DNA of 64,000 nucleotides. It comes from Squalus acanthias (lineage: Eukaryota). Made by a program: the position numbers and the translations under genes. Every line of letters begins with the position of its first letter. Position 1 is the first letter of the stretch. The DNA lies in NCBI GenBank assembly GCA_030390025.1, contig CM059432.1:152212001-152276000 (forward strand), in the 5' to 3' direction. Below, one piece after another: positions 12,666-27,080 of the stretch. Below the pieces are notes generated by a model that did not search any database, was not told the origin of the DNA, and worked only from the letters and a program-made list of their open reading frames with translations.

Positions 12666-13379
12666 TGTATAATGAACGCTTATTTGGGCCACACAAACTA
12701 ACCTGTCCTTCGGCTCTAATGTTTTACTCACGTTTCTTATTTCTCTCTTCTGGTTTAGTCACTTCACATCTTTTAGTTTTCCCTTTACCTGTCGTACCTA
12801 AAGGACAATTTTTGACTTTTACTCAGCTCTCTTCCCTTTCATTTGTTTTGAACTATTATTTATACTACCTTTTCCACCTGAGCCCTGAGTTAGAAAGAAA
12901 ATATAGTTGATTAAATACCTTGCATTCTCGATACTTACTTTTCTGTTTCAAAGCAGATTCTAAATGATTCCATAATCGTAAGACTGTCATATTCACAAAC
13001 TCCCATTACGCTATGGAATACAGGGAAGTGGGATTAGAGTAGATGGCTCCAGTTGAACAGCTAATACCATCACAAATCCAATAGGCTGGGCTGCCTTCTT
13101 CTGTGCTGCATTTTCTATAACTTTACTAACCCCAAGTAAAAGATTTTAATTGTTCTGTATTTGAAGACTTAGTATGTTATAAACGCTATTATACAAATCA
13201 TAATTAGAAAAATCGGTGACAATCAAGCAAAAACAAGTTGGGTTGACTGGAATATGTCCACAAGCTCTGATCAGCAGGCACAACACAAGGAAGGTAGAGG
13301 CATTTTAGATTAATTTACTTCACAAGAGAGGTGAATGCATGGAACAGACTGTTCATGGAGTCAATGGAGGCACTTAAAC

Positions 13380-15654
13380 AAATCGGTCAGGCGGTAGGTC
13401 GTCGGCAGTGTGATGCCTGGATCATTTGAACTCCTGGATTTCATTTCCATTTGACTGACAGGCTTTCCTCTCTGAGTCGGGAACACGCCAGTCTTCCCAC
13501 AATATGTGCTCAATTTCCGGCACGCTGCCGGATGCCTATTTAAAGTTGGAATGCATCTCGTAAAGCGAGGTTACATTCCCCGCTTTCATTTTTTCTGGAT
13601 GAGCACTTCAAAGTATTTTTGCAGCGCAGCTGACTAGAAGGGCTACCTCCCCCAAGCTTTCTGATGCCTACCTGGAAATCCTAGTGGAGGAAGTTAGGGA
13701 AAGGCAGGTGGTACTGTTCCCCGAAGCTGCAGGAGCACCAACAAGGCCACAGGTGGCTGACAGGGTCAGTGCCACCAACATCATCCCCAGGTCCTGGGCT
13801 CAATGTAGAAAGAGGTTCAATTACCTCACAAGAATAGCAGGGTTGAGTACAGCTCTTCATTTCTCCATGCATCTCAACTGCACCGGACAACACAGCTCTC
13901 ATCCCCTCCCCATACAATCACAAGGGTACACTGCAACACACTCTCATTCTAAACACACTCTCCCTTCCTTTCCGCTCTTCACACCTCACATTAACATTAT
14001 TTTCTTCTCACATCCTCGCACTTGCACAACCACCAACTCTTCCCAGAACTCCTACCTCACTACATATGACATACTTGTCTTTACATTCATCACCTCCCCA
14101 TTCTCATTCCACCTTGCTACTTCTCCACTTCTCAACACATGCACTATATGCACAAGCCCTACACATCTCCACTTACCTTTTCAACACCACTCACTAACTC
14201 TTGCCCTCTCTGCCGCAAAATTCAGCACGTCAGGGAGAGGACCAAAACAGGGGGCAGAGTCACCAACATCATCAGCCTCACCTATGCAGAGCAAGCAGCC
14301 CTGGAGATCAGTGCCCCTGGCAGAGCCATGAACATCAGGGAAGACGAGGCTGGCAGCTTACCTGAGCATGGTGTCTGCATATTACTTGTAACTCTTCATT
14401 TACCTCAGGAAATATGCAGCAAGCTTCACAAATTCAAATGCATTATCTAGACTGTCACCTGCTATCTGCCATTCCAACTCGTCCCTTTTCTCTTTCTTCT
14501 AGGTCGTTCTCGGCAGTGAGAAGCTACTGCAGAAGACAGCTTGGAGGAGGAGGACAATCCTTCTGAAAATGCAATGTCAGTGACTCCATCCCTCCCAGGC
14601 ACTGGCACTCTGCATGGGTTAGATAATGAGGCAGAGGAATCACCCAGTATGAGTCAGCAGCAGCAGGTACTGGACGGCAGAGACAGCTCAGGAGACAGAT
14701 TGCTGGAGGGCAAGGTTCTCTTCCAGCTCTTGAGATGAGGAATTCAGGAGCGCAGCTATGAAAAGAAAGCTGCTGGCCTCATCAGGTATTGGTTGGCCTG
14801 CCAAGGAGTTTGAGCAATATGGCTGAAAGTATGGAAGAGTCCGCTTCCTGCCTGTGTGGTGACAACTCACGTCATCAACACTCTGCAGGGTTAGTCTTTT
14901 AAGAAAAGCACTGTGGGTTGATCACTTGGGTGAGAAATGAATGGAAGACAATTATGATGTTTGCCATTAAATGAATTACCTTCATCACATTAGGTACGTT
15001 GGTCTGCAGTGTAGTTTACTAGTAGCTGGAGTCTGTATTGTCAGTATATCATTAATATAGAAGTTGTCTGAATGGTTTGAATGTTCTTCAATGCAAGGTT
15101 AAGGAAGTGGTGAAGGATGCAACAAGGACGCTAAGCAGAGGGGCTCTGTGTAAGTTTTCAGGCCAGGGGAATAAGCAGCTCATCAAACTCGCTGAGCAGT
15201 TAGCTGATCCCTCATCTCCTGCTGCAAGGTGTTGAGGTGGCTTTTCTCCTCCTGCTTCTTCCTAGTCTTCCCCCTGATCTTCCTTGTCCAGTAAGGACAG
15301 CTGCTGCCCAGTTGTGCAGCCTCCAGTGCAGGCTTCTCTAATGCGAGGTTGTGTAGTGCACAGTACACCACTAAAATGTGGGATACTCTTTGTGGGGCAT
15401 ATTGTAGGGAGCCCCTGGACCTGTCGAGACTCCTGAACCGCTGCTTCAGCGTCCCTATGGTGTGCTCAATTATGATCCTAGTGGTCCTCTGGCTTTAATT
15501 ATACCTGTGTTGCTCAGGCGTGCTGGGGTTGTGGAGGGGAGTCATGTGTCTGTAGGGGATAATGCTTGCAGTAGTGCGTCGGTAAGGAAGTGGTAAGTAT
15601 TTTAACCACCTGCCCACTCCTTTGCCGTCAGGCAGGCTCAGTTAAAATTGGGGC
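13380..15654. mobile_element. Decayed PIF/Harbinger transposon: Myb/SANT-like gene (+) and HARBI1-type transposase remnant (-)
   Basis: Plus strand EEVRERQVVLFP..RSWAQCRKRFNYL (13684-13840); minus strand IIEHTIGTLKQRFRSLD..LQYAP..YCALHNLA (about 15330-15490); convergent arrangement typical of Harbinger; TIR-like gttaaaattggggc at about 15640. Left end uncertain. Confidence 0.78.
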
Positions 15655-16059
15655 AAAACTGTCAGGAAATTCAAGAGAGAGCTCGATAGATTTTTTTTTG
15701 GAAAAGAAACAATTGACAGGGACAAGGAGGCTAGTGGGGTACACTTTCCTGGTCCTGGGTGTACTGCATCATCAGGTTGCAGCTAACAGTAGAAAAGTAG
15801 GTGGGTTGGAGCGTACGCCTGTAAAGGGGTTTGCCCGATTTTCTGACCATTTAATTTTTTATATAAACAATTTTGAAACTAGGCACATGGACGACAATGA
15901 TCATTTCTAGTCCTGAACATTACTATGTACTTGTCCTTGATGTGGATGTGGATGTAGGTATGTACTTGTTGTGAGAGGGAGGAGGAAAGAATGGGCAAAA
16001 GGGGACTGGACTAAAGACCATAATTCATACAAGTCAGCAGACACATCAAGACACTATAT

Positions 16060-16485
16060 AAATAAAAGTGAACACAGAAAGCACTCTAAGGCACTTCAAA
16101 GAGGAGAAGCACCTTGGGTGCTTTCTATGCTAAAGGCACTGAGAAGTAGTGGAAGATTTAGGATAGATGACGAAAAGTATAGTCAAACAGATTGGTTTTG
16201 AGGAAACTTCTAAAAGGCAGGAGAGAGATAGCAATGCAGAAGGGTTTAACGAGGGAGCTTTAAAGAGTAGGGATGAGAAAGCTAAAGGTTCTGCTAGTGC
16301 TATATTAGAGGGAGTAGATAATACATAGAAGGCCAGAGTTGAGGATCAGAGGGGAGCAAGGCTGCAGGAGGTTGCAGTGTTTGGGTGGGGCAAAGCAGTA
16401 GAGGGCTTTGTCAATTAGAATTCTGAATTTGATGCAAAAGGGGACAGTGAGCTACTGAGGATGGGGGGTAATGGGCAAGCAGGAC
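16060..16485 (-). mobile_element. Old L2-like LINE fragment
   Basis: Purine-rich degenerate L2 3' region (ggttttgaggaaacttctaaaagg..gagggagc..gaattctgaatttg), similar to the reverse complement of 6943-7495. Confidence 0.5.
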
Positions 16486-16488
16486 TTA

Positions 16489-17340
16489 GGCCGCGATTTC
16501 ACAAGCAGTGGCAAGTTCGGTGCGGCCGGAGCAGACAGCGGCCGCAAATTCCACACCCATCTTCATCCCGCCTTCTCCGAGTGATTTTCTCCTGATTGGG
16601 CTTATTAAGCCCGCCCTGCGAGATTCCCGGCCAATTAAAAGGAAGCGGGTCTGATGAAGTCATCTGATGACACGTCATCAGCTGGTTTCCTTAAAGGAGC
16701 CATGTCCAAATTCATTTTGACAGTTGTGCTGTCAGTGTTCTACAGCACTGAGGTGCTGCAAACACTGACAACCACTGCACAGAGCTGCACGGCTGCACCC
16801 AGGATCTCCCATGACTCCCTCCATATGCTTATGGAGGAAGTCACAGCACACAGGAAGGTCCTCTTCCCTTCCAATAGGCGGAAGACACCTCCCCAGGAGA
16901 TCAACGCAGCCTGGTTGCACATTGCACAGGAGGACACAAGCAGGGATGTTGTCAGGAGGACCTGGCTGCAGTGGCGCAAACCTTTCAATGATCACAGAAG
17001 ATCACAAAACATTACTGCAAAGCCACACTCAACCTCATCCTGCTGTGCCAGTCATCAGATCCCCATCACTCTGCCTTCCTTACCCTACTCCTGCACATCC
17101 TTACTCACACCAACTTATCTTGCACCTCCACCCATCCCTCTCTGTCTATATTATCACTTCCCCATCTCACTAGCCACCCCTCACACTCACCCTCATCCTA
17201 GTCCAATCATAACAACTAACAACACACAAGAGTAGGGTTGTGTAAACTTTCTGTTCATGTGTTGTCAAACATTGAAATCCTTATTGTCACCACTTTGACT
17301 TCTTGGACAGATGTGTGTGCACCTTTGAAAGTGAGTTGTA
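16489..17340 (+). mobile_element. Harbinger-derived fragment with a Myb/SANT-like remnant
   Basis: TIR-like start ggccgcgatttc after TTA; APRISHDSLHMLMEEV..RKVLFP..AWLHIA..RTWLQWRKPFND resembles 13684-13840. Right end not identified. Confidence 0.68.
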
Positions 17341-20111
17341 GTGAATGGTGAGACATAACGTTTCCCGCCCCCACCCAAATGGTGATGAGTGTGAAAGGAA
17401 AGGCTTGGACATTGTAGGGATCTTCTGGGGATAAACACAATTGTTCTGGAGGATGACTTCACAGAGAGAATGTAGTCCAATTTTTCTCTGGAGACTATCA
17501 GAACTAGTGAGTATATAAATCAATTATGGAGTAAGACCATTGCAGAATAGAAACCTTCAGTCTACCTCTCAAAAGATGCAGAAGGAACAGCCTATAAAGA
17601 AGAAAATACTTATCGGCCACAGCAGTCATGAGTTTGACCTTTAACCCACCCACCACAGCACAGCTGCAGACAGAGTGGACCAAGGCCTCAGCATACTGAG
17701 TTTTGCAGATTACATTATACAGCTTTATGCCGACATTATTGGGTTGTAGCACATTATTTAAAACCATTAGTTACACTGGTGTACATCTGAGCACCCTTCT
17801 CTATGTAGCAGTGATGATGCCAGTCACAGCTCCACTGAGTCAGCTGATGGCCAATTGATAATAAGGATGCAGCCTCGAGTTCCACTGTGGTTGTTTTGCA
17901 ACTAAGGGTTGACATTTTAAAATGTTCCTTTCAGATAGTCAAGTTGATGGTGCACATAAAACTTCTTGTTTCAGACATCAGTTTTAACTGCTCCTCAGGA
18001 GCTTTACTGCTTTCCCTGGAGAAGAGATTTACCATGTTTGGTCTGTACCAGAAAAAGTATAGGGAAGTTCAAAGGAGTGTGGTTGAGCAGGGTTCCAGAG
18101 ACCTGCTGAACTCTGTGCTGTCTACCTGGCCTGGAGGAGACAACCATGGGTTGCAACAGATCCCCTTAGTTTTAGTTGCTGATCAACAGAAATTCCAGAT
18201 CTGTGACTGCTTGTGTCCCAGTTAGGTTGCAATGCAACTACTATGCTCAAGAGAAATACGTACCAGTTTGTCACTGTGCCATGAATCTTCTAGATTCCGA
18301 GGACCCTGCTAAAAGAGGAGTGTCCCTGCCTTGTCCACCTCTGAGCAAGCATCTCTGCTAGCTTGCCATTCTTTACCTTTGACAGAATGGTACCTCTGGA
18401 TCCTCAGCTGGCAAGTCGCATCAGTGCCATACACGATATCAAGATTTCCATGTCGATAGTTGATGCTTTGGGTCGAGAGTCAGTACTGAAATTTAAACCA
18501 AGGCTACAACTTGAGAGAGGCTGAAGACATGGAACTAAAGGTTTTCTTAATGCGGTTCCATCTTGAGACTTGCGCTTATTGACTATGTGCTAGCATTGGT
18601 GTGTCAGTGCCAAGGAGTTAGTGGGCTTGAGTCCACCTGTATGGGCACCCTCTTCTTTATACTCAATTCTCTCCCTCTCTCTCACCTGAGGGTAAAAGTG
18701 GTAGAAATTGGATCTGGAAGTATCTGTCAGGATCATTCAAGTTTTCACATTCAGGTGGCCAATTACTCTCAGGTTTTAGCACTCATTTTGGACCAAACCT
18801 CAAACACACTGAAAAAGCTGCTAATTCTCACCCTTGTGTAGGACCACGCCAATATGTCTAACTAACCCCCCCCCCCCCCCCCCGGTGTGGTCTAAGAGGG
18901 GTATCTGTGTGTTGTACAGATATTTCTGTGCTGCACAAGTGAAGATATGAAGCAATGTGCCTTTATAAATTGCAGAATACCAAAGTAATGCAGAAACCAG
19001 TGCCTTGGACCAGTTATGACCTTAACATTCAATACAAGAAAGCAAACTGCTGCATTTGACCACTCCATAGATAACATCCAGAGAATCCTCCATACATTGG
19101 CTAATTATATTAACCAAAGGAAAATATTTTAACAGTAAAACAAAAACATTTAACCAGAGAGATTGTATTCTTTTTAAACACTTCCTTTCATAATATGCAT
19201 TTGATGCTCTTGTGACATACATGTTAGACACTAGAAGTACATGCCAATATACTATAATTTGCTAAAACTGTGGCACAGAAGGCATCATAAGTGGTGGTTT
19301 CAAAAAGATAAGTTTAGATCCTTAATGTGGAACACTGGTTATTCATGTTGTTAAATGAGTTTATCATCAAGTTTCTAACAGCATAATGTACCCTAAACGA
19401 ATTAACCCATCAATCTCATGGTTATCAACAGCAGACACAAGAGCAAAGATAATCAGAATATTACATCTATCCCTATATATCAGGCATCTATCCCTATATA
19501 GCAGAATCATGCTTCAGAAGACTGGGGGAAGAAATGGGGCAGCTGTTTTGACTTGGGTTTCAGGATAGCAAACCTAGTTTAGGAAGAAATTTTGTAAAAA
19601 CAATGTTTTGGCAAAGATTGCAATTATCTAGGGATAGCAATGTTGTGCAATGGAGCACAGTTACCCAGTGACAGCATAAACAATTTCAAGTAGGTACAGC
19701 GAGGAGCAAATGCAAGGATTCTCCAACTTTGCCCCAACAATGTATTTAATCCAAATGCCAAAAAGATTAATCCCTACAGCACCAGGGTGAAATCTTTCAG
19801 TGCCAAATTATGAAACATTCCGTACTGTGGACAATGCCCAGTGGAATTGGGTTAAAACTGTCCAAATTTACTTTACATAGGTCCTATAGGGGAATAAAGA
19901 TGAACCCATCATTCTGGGCTAGTTTCAAACTCAGGTGCCACAGGTGAAAGCACAAGGTACAATCTATACTCACACCAAGTCCCTGCTTCAACAAAATAAA
20001 AAAAATCCCTCTGCTTTAGTATTAACTTAGAATAGCTATATAGCAATCCTCCTACTAATGATAGCTCAAATACAACCAAATAGAAATGGAACAGACTCAA
20101 GAAATTCTTAC

Positions 20112-20156
20112 CAGAATACACTCTTCCAGATCCATCTTTTCAAGTTCATGACAATT
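20112..20156 (-). CDS. FBXL2: FBXL2 internal coding exon (45 bp): NCHELEKMDLEECIL
   Basis: Read manually: acceptor ttctag|AAT, donor CTG|gtaaga. EECIL matches FBXL2 rather than FBXL20 (EECVQ). Confidence 0.93.
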
Positions 20157-20289
20157 CTAGAATATAGTTCAAGAAAGTTACATATGAGTTTCAGTAGTAT
20201 GTCCTATGCAAGTTATACATTTTCTCTACCATACACATCTTAGCAAACTTAAAACTGCATTTTATGTACACTATTTTGATCCAACTTGA

Positions 20290-20975
20290 TGGGTGCTATG
20301 GAATATATTGACAGGTTAATAAGGTCATAAAGCAAACCAAGTACTGGGGTTCATTTCCAGAGGGATAGAATTGAAAAGCAGAGAAGTTACGTTAAACTTA
20401 TATAGAACCTTGGTTAGACCACATTAAGGGAACTGTGAACAGTTCTGGTCTCCATCTTAGAAAAAGGATAGAGGCACTGGAGAGGGTCCAAAAAAGATTT
20501 ACTAGAATGATAACAGAACTGAGAGGATATATTTATCACGAAAAGCTGAAGAGGCTGGGGCTCTTTTCTATAGAAAAGAGAAGGGTGAAGTGTGATTTGA
20601 TAGAGGTCTTTAAGATTATGAAAGGGTTGATAGGGTAGACGTAGAGAAGATGTTTCTACTTGTGGGAGAGTCCAAAACTCGAGGTCATAAATATAAGATA
20701 GTCACTAATAAATCCAATAGGGAATTCAGGAGAAACTTCTTTACCCAAAGAGTGATAAGAATGTGGAACTCACTACCACAAGAAGTAGCGGAGGTGAATA
20801 GTGTAGAAGCATTTAAGGGGAAGCTAGATAAGCACATGAAGGAGAAAGGATTAGAAGGGTATGCTGGTAGGGTTAGATGAAGTAGGGTGGGAGGAGGCTC
20901 ATGTACAGCATATATGCCGGTATAGACCAGTTGGATCGAATGGTCTGTTTCTGTACTGTAGACTATGTATGTAAT
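20290..20975 (+). mobile_element. CR1 LINE 3' fragment
   Basis: LERVQKRFTRM, RNFFTQRV.RMWNSLP, 3' tail. Confidence 0.83.
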
Positions 20976-21687
20976 AGTTTGCAGCACTGATTTAATCTTT
21001 TGAAAAAAGCTTACTTTTCACTCTTTGCAAAGGCACCATTCACAAATCACAGACTGGGCAGCATCTGTACTATTTTTGCTGGGGGTGGGGGCAGGAAATC
21101 AGAGGGACTATTTCTCCAAGATGCTTTGATGTGGTGATGTCATGACACTGAAAGCACTATATGTGCAACCTCTCTCCCAATTTCACATAGTATACAAGGG
21201 AGCCATATCCTTCAAAACAGCAATTTGTTTTGACCTGCAGATTTTCATTGTAATTATATCCTGAAATGGCCTAAGGGGTGAACAAATAGGAGTGTGGTAT
21301 GTGGAAGAAGCTGTGGGCTGTTAGAATGAAAATGGAACTACATGCTAAATCATTTTCTTGGTATTTTCACACATAGCTGGAGTGCTTCCATACAATGAAT
21401 TGCTTTGAAGTTCAGTCACTGTTATGTAGGTGAAAACAGCAGTGGCTGCCATTTTGTACACAATATTCCACAAACTGAGCTGAATGACCACATAATATTC
21501 ACTGCATGGGCCTTGGTTTAACGTTTCTTATATTTGACTGGTGGAAAGATGAATAGAAAGAAGGGATTATCAACTCATGTGAACAGAAATAATTAATTTC
21601 AGTAGGAATCCTGGATGTGATCAAAAACCTGCTTGATCAATGAGTTATATTAAGTAAGGCTGATCAGTATCTGCATCGGACTTTAAA

Positions 21688-22690
21688 ATCATAGAAACTT
21701 ACAGAACACAAGGCGACCCGTCGTGCCTGTGCTGGCTCTTGGAAAGAGCAGTCGTTCTTAGTCCCACATCCCCGCTTTTTGTCCATAACCCTGCAAGTTC
21801 CTCATTCTCAAGTACCTGTCCAACTCCCTTTTAAAATTATTGATGGAATCTGCTTCCACCACCTCTTCAGGTAGAGCATTCCAGATCCTGACAACTCAGT
21901 GAAAAACATTCTCATCTCACCTCTAGATCTTTTACCAATTATTTTGAATCTATGACCTGTGGTTATTGACCCACTTGCCAGAGGGAATAAATTTTCTCTC
22001 TCTACTCTATCAAAATCTATCATCTTGAAAACATCCATTAAGTCACCTCTTAACCTTCTCTGTTCCAAGGAGAGCAGTTCTAACTTTTTCAACATCTCCA
22101 CTTCCCTGGTAACATCTTGGTATACCTCCTCTGTACCCTTTCTATTTCCTTTATATCTTTCCTGAAGTGTGATGCCCAGAATTGTTCACAATACTTTACT
22201 GCTCAAGAATATATCCAATTCCCTTTTGAAAGTTACTACTGAATCTGCTTCCACCAGCCTTTCAGGCAGCACATCCCAGATCATAACTTGCTGTGTTTTT
22301 AAAAATAAAATAAATTAAAAGAAAATTCTCATTTCCCGGCCCCCTAGTTCTTTTGCCAATTACCTTAAATCTGTCCCCTCTGGTTACCGACCCTCCTGCC
22401 AGTGGAAAGTTACTCTATATTTACTCCATCAAAACCATTCATGATTTTGAATTAAATCTCCCCTTAGCCTTCTCTGCTCCACGAACAATCCCAGCTTCTC
22501 TAGTCTCCCCACATAACTGAAGTCCCTCATCCCTGGTACAATTCTAGTAAATCTCTTCTGCACCCTCTCCAAAGCCTTGACATCCTTCCTGAAGTGCGGT
22601 GCCCAAAACTGAATACTATACTGCAGTTGAGGCCTAACCAGTGATTAATACAGGTTTAGCATAATTTCCTTGCTTTTGTACTCTATGCAA
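21688..22690 (-). mobile_element. Two adjacent CR1 LINE 3' fragments
   Basis: Minus-strand SLEQRRLRGDL and GHRFK motifs occur twice (about 21688-22190 and 22200-22690). Confidence 0.78.
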
Positions 22691-22852
22691 CTAAAACAAA
22701 TTATTTTTTTCACCTCCCATCCCTGTCAAAAAAGTGATGTCACGTTATTTATCCTGATATTTTTAATCACGTGCTAGCTCCTGTGTCAGCTTGGCTCCGT
22801 TAGCAGCACTCATCTTTGAGTCAGAAGATTAGGGGTTCGAGCCCCACTCCAG

Positions 22853-24637
22853 AAGTGTGAGATAATACATTTGGGGAGGGCCAACAAGGCAAGGGAATGC
22901 ACAATAAATGGTAGGATACTGAGAAGTGTAGAGGAATAGAGGGGCTTTGGAGTGCATGTCCACAGATCTCTGAAGGTAGCAGGACAGGTAGGTAAGGTGG
23001 TTAAGAAGGCATATGGGATACTTTCCTTTATTAGCCGAGGCATAGAATATAAGAGCAGGGAGGTTATGCTTAAACTGTATAAAACATGAGTTAGGCCACA
23101 GCTAGAGTACTGTGTACAGTTCTGGTCACCACACAACAGGAAAGATGTGATTGCACTAGAGAGGGTACAGAGGAGATTTATGAGGATGTACTGGAATCCA
23201 TTGTTAAGGACGTGGTATCAGGGCACTTAGAAAATCATAACATGATTAGGCAGAGTCAACATGGTTTTATGAAAGGGAACTTGTGTTTGACAAATTTATT
23301 AAGAGTTTTTTGAGGATGGAACGAGCAGGGTAGATAAAGGGGAACCAGTAGATGTAGTATATTTGGATTTCCAAAAGGCATTCGATAAGGTGCCACATAA
23401 AAGGTTATTACATGGGGTTGGGGGTAATATAGTAGCATGGATCTAGGATTGGTTAACGGACAGAAAACAGAGTGGGGATAAACGGATCTTTTTCAGGTTG
23501 GCAGGCTGTAACTAGTGGGATGCCGCAAGGATCAGTGTTGGGGCCTCAGCTATTTACAATCTATATTAATGACCTAGATGAAGGGACCGAGTGTAATGTA
23601 TCCAAGTTTGCTGACGATACAAAGCTAGGTGGGACAGTAAGCTGTGAGAACACAGAGTCTGCAAAGGGATATAGATAGACTAAGTGAGTGGGCAGTAAGG
23701 TGGCAGATGGAGTATAATGTAGGGAAGTGTGAGGTTATTCACTTTGGTAGGAAGAATAGAAAAACAGAATTTTTTTTTAAATGGTGAGAAACTTTCAAAT
23801 GTTGGTGTTCAGAGAGATTTGGGTGTCCTCGTGCAAGAAACACAGAAAGCTAGCATGCAGGCAATAAGGAACTAACTAAGGGGCATAGTCTCAGGATAAG
23901 GGGTAGGCCATTTAAGACCAAGATGAGGAAGAATTTCTTCACTGGGAGGGTTGTGAAACTTTGGAATTCTCTGCCCCAGAGGGCTGTGAATGCCAAGTCT
24001 TAGAGTATATTCAAGGCTGAGATATATAGATTTTTGGACTCTAGGGGAATCAAGGAATATGGAGATCGGGCAGGAAAGTGGAGTTGAGGTCGATTATCAG
24101 CCATAATCTTAATGAATGGCGGAGCAGGCTCAAGAGGCCAGATGGCCTACTCCTGCTCCTATTTCCTATGTTCTTATGTTGCCAGGACTGGAGAATTTTA
24201 GCTATGAGGAAAGATTGGATAGGCTGGGGTTGTTTTCTTTGGAACAGAGGATGCTGAGGGGAGACTTAATTGAGATGTATAAAATTATGAGGGACCTACA
24301 TAGAGTGGATAGGAAGGATCTATTTCCCTTAGCAGAGAGGTCAATAACCAGGGGGCATAGATTTAAAGTAATTGGTAGATGGATTAGAGGGGAGTTGAGA
24401 ACTTTTTTCACCCAGAGGGTGGTGGGGGTCTGGAACTCACTGCCTGAAAGGGTAGAGGCAGAAACCCTCAACGCATTTAAAAAGTACTTGGATATGCACT
24501 TGAAGTGCCGTAACCTACAGGGCTACGGACAAAGAGCTGGAAAGTGGGATTAGGCTGGATAGCTCTTTTTCGGCCGGCACAGACACAATGGGCCGAATGG
24601 CCTCCTTCTATGCCGTAAATTTCTATGATTCTATGAT
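22853..24637 (+). mobile_element. CR1 fragment with a second CR1 (about 23190-24177) nested inside; the pair splits a tRNA/Deu SINE
   Basis: Outer CR1 reads ...aggatgt|...|tgccaggactggag; the inner copy has its own 3' tail; SINE head at about 22790-22852 (ggttcgagcccc B box) continues at about 24638-24850. Confidence 0.82.
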
Positions 24638-26169
24638 TCCAGAGCCCGAGCACTAAATCCAGGCTAATGCTTTGGTGCAGTGCTAAGGATGGTATAGGAA
24701 GTGTCTTTCTGATGTGATGTTAAACCCGGCCCAGGCCTTGCTTGCCTGTTCCACTGGTTTAGGACAGATTAACCCATGTACTGTTTTGAAAAGCAAGATT
24801 ACCACTACCAAAAACTGGCCATTCATCTCATGACTCTGTGGGATTTTGTGTATTGGGCTAAATCAAAACAGGAATTTTATGTCACAGGAGCCAAGAGGTT
24901 CAAAAGGCCAAAATATAGGTCCCAAAGAGGAACTAGTGGTAGTCACAGGATTAAGGTTCTCGACCCATATAATGAAGCATAAATTAGAAAATGGTACCCA
25001 AGGGAATCCAAGAACTGCATTGTGGAGACCACCAATTACTATGTGTACACAGAATGAAGATTCAATTCTGCCACAGGTCAACAAGGTGTTAAATATTAAG
25101 ATCCAAGAAAACACCAACCGGCTAAACTCATTTGAGGAGGGCAACTGAAAAACAAGACCATCAACTGTACCAAAGAGAAGACCTTCATCGAAGAAACATT
25201 TTTCTCAAGTCACGTTCTAAAAGGAGCACTAGATTAAGTGAAAGATTATCTTTACTGTGGAAAAGCGAGGTAAGATCAGTGTTTCATAATGGGAGGATAC
25301 CCAAGAGCTAGTTTGCAAGGTGAATATGGGATTACCAGAATCAGCATTGTCTCTTCTGATTTTCTAAAGAACCACAAAGACCAGGGGAAAGGGACGATGT
25401 GTGTCCTGGAGGAAAAATTAGGGAGCTGGTGATCGGTGATGCAAAGAGGTGCACTGATGGGTAATTCCAAGTCCTGAAATGCACTGGATTACCTCTCATT
25501 AGGCTGCATTGTGGAAAAACTCAATATACTGGCTGCTGTATTATCCACCCCAGTTTAATTTTGTGCCAAGTGTTATCCCATTGTCAAAGCACCAATATTC
25601 ACTTATTCTGTACCGAGAACAGGTCCTGTCCTGCTATATATTGCAGTACTGTCATGGTAACGGTCTAGAGAGACAGTGGCTTGTCTTGAACCACAGATTG
25701 ATACCATTCAAAGTTTGAGCCTGTTGAATTTTGTAGATTGTGCTGTTCAGTGGTCTTGACTCTAATATCCATATTTAACAAAGCCAGGCCAAACAATCCC
25801 TGTCTCACCGAAGTTGGCGATGATTGTGTCTGCACGCCTGAAAAAGGTTTTGCTCCAGATGACTTAATGAGATCCAGAGTTCCATCTACGCTAGCTGGGA
25901 CAATGGAGGCCTGAAGGTTAACTAGGTAGAAGATTTGACTGCTATGAGTAGTCTTGCCCTGGCATGAAGGAGGCTGACGCCATTGACCAAGACTGTTGCA
26001 TTCCAATTCCCTTCTCAAAGCAGTCCTCTAAATATAGTTTGAGGCCAAGACTACTTTGCCCAGGGCTGTCTAAACCAGGCATCCGCAAGCAACAAGTTCT
26101 GTTTTGACTCCAAGTAAGATTTCTTATATTTAACGAAGCTAAGCAATTTGCATGAATATCGATTTTGGC

Positions 26170-27080
26170 CCCCACCAAAAACGTTGTAGCCTCACCACCA
26201 ATGCCACCCCCCCTCCTGGCCACTGCTTCAGGCATAGTCAAACCGTTCACAACCTCAGTGTCATATTTGACCAAGAGCGGAGTTTCTGACCCCATATCCT
26301 CTCCGTCAAAAAGACCACCTACTTCCACCACAATATCATCTGCCTCCACCCGTACCTCAACCCATCATAGAAACATAGAAAAATAGGAGCAGGAGTAGGC
26401 CATTCGGCCCTTCGAGCCAGCTCCGCCATTCAATATGATCATGGCTGATCCTCTATCTCAATACCATATTCCCGCTCTCTCCCCATACCCCTTGATGCCT
26501 TTTGTGTCTGGAATTCTATCTATCTCCTTCTTAAATATATTCAGTGACTTTATCTGGTGCTAAAACCCTCATTCAAGCTTTTGTCACCTGAAGAGTCCAC
26601 CATTCCAATGCTCTCATGGCTGGCCTCCCATCCTACACCCTCCATATACTTCAACTCCTCAAAAATGCTGCTGCCTATAACCTTTCCAGCACCAAGTCTA
26701 GTTTGTCCATCACACTTGCAGACCTACATTGGCTCCCGGTTCCCTCCAAGCCTTAAATTTAAAATTCTCATCCTTGTGTTTAAATCCCTTTGTGGTCTCA
26801 CCCCTCCCTATCTTTTACTACACCGTGCTCCCCCCCAATCACACTTTGTTCCTCTGACTCTGGCCTCCTATGCATCCACATTGGAGCCACACTCTGGAAT
26901 TCCCTCCCTAAATCCCTTGCCTCTCCACCTCAAAACCAACCTCTGACCAACCTTTTGGTCACCACTTCTAATATTTCTTTTTTGGGTCAGCGTCCATTTT
27001 TTAAAATTAGGCTTCTGTGAAGCACCTAGGGATGTTTTTCTACACTAAAGGCGCTATATAAACGCAAGATTGTTGTTGCA
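26170..27080 (+). mobile_element. L2-like LINE fragment containing a short minus-strand CR1 3' end (about 26366-26552)
   Basis: FKILILVFKSL motif and L2 tail (ggcgctatataaacgcaagattgttgttg); catagaaacatagaa CR1 tail in reverse. Confidence 0.72.

Noticed and set aside
12939..12985. Possible next exon (strong minus-strand donor gtaagt, frame LRLWNHLESALKQK)
   Set aside because: Does not resemble the expected ITDSTLIQLSIHCP exon and the acceptor is weak.
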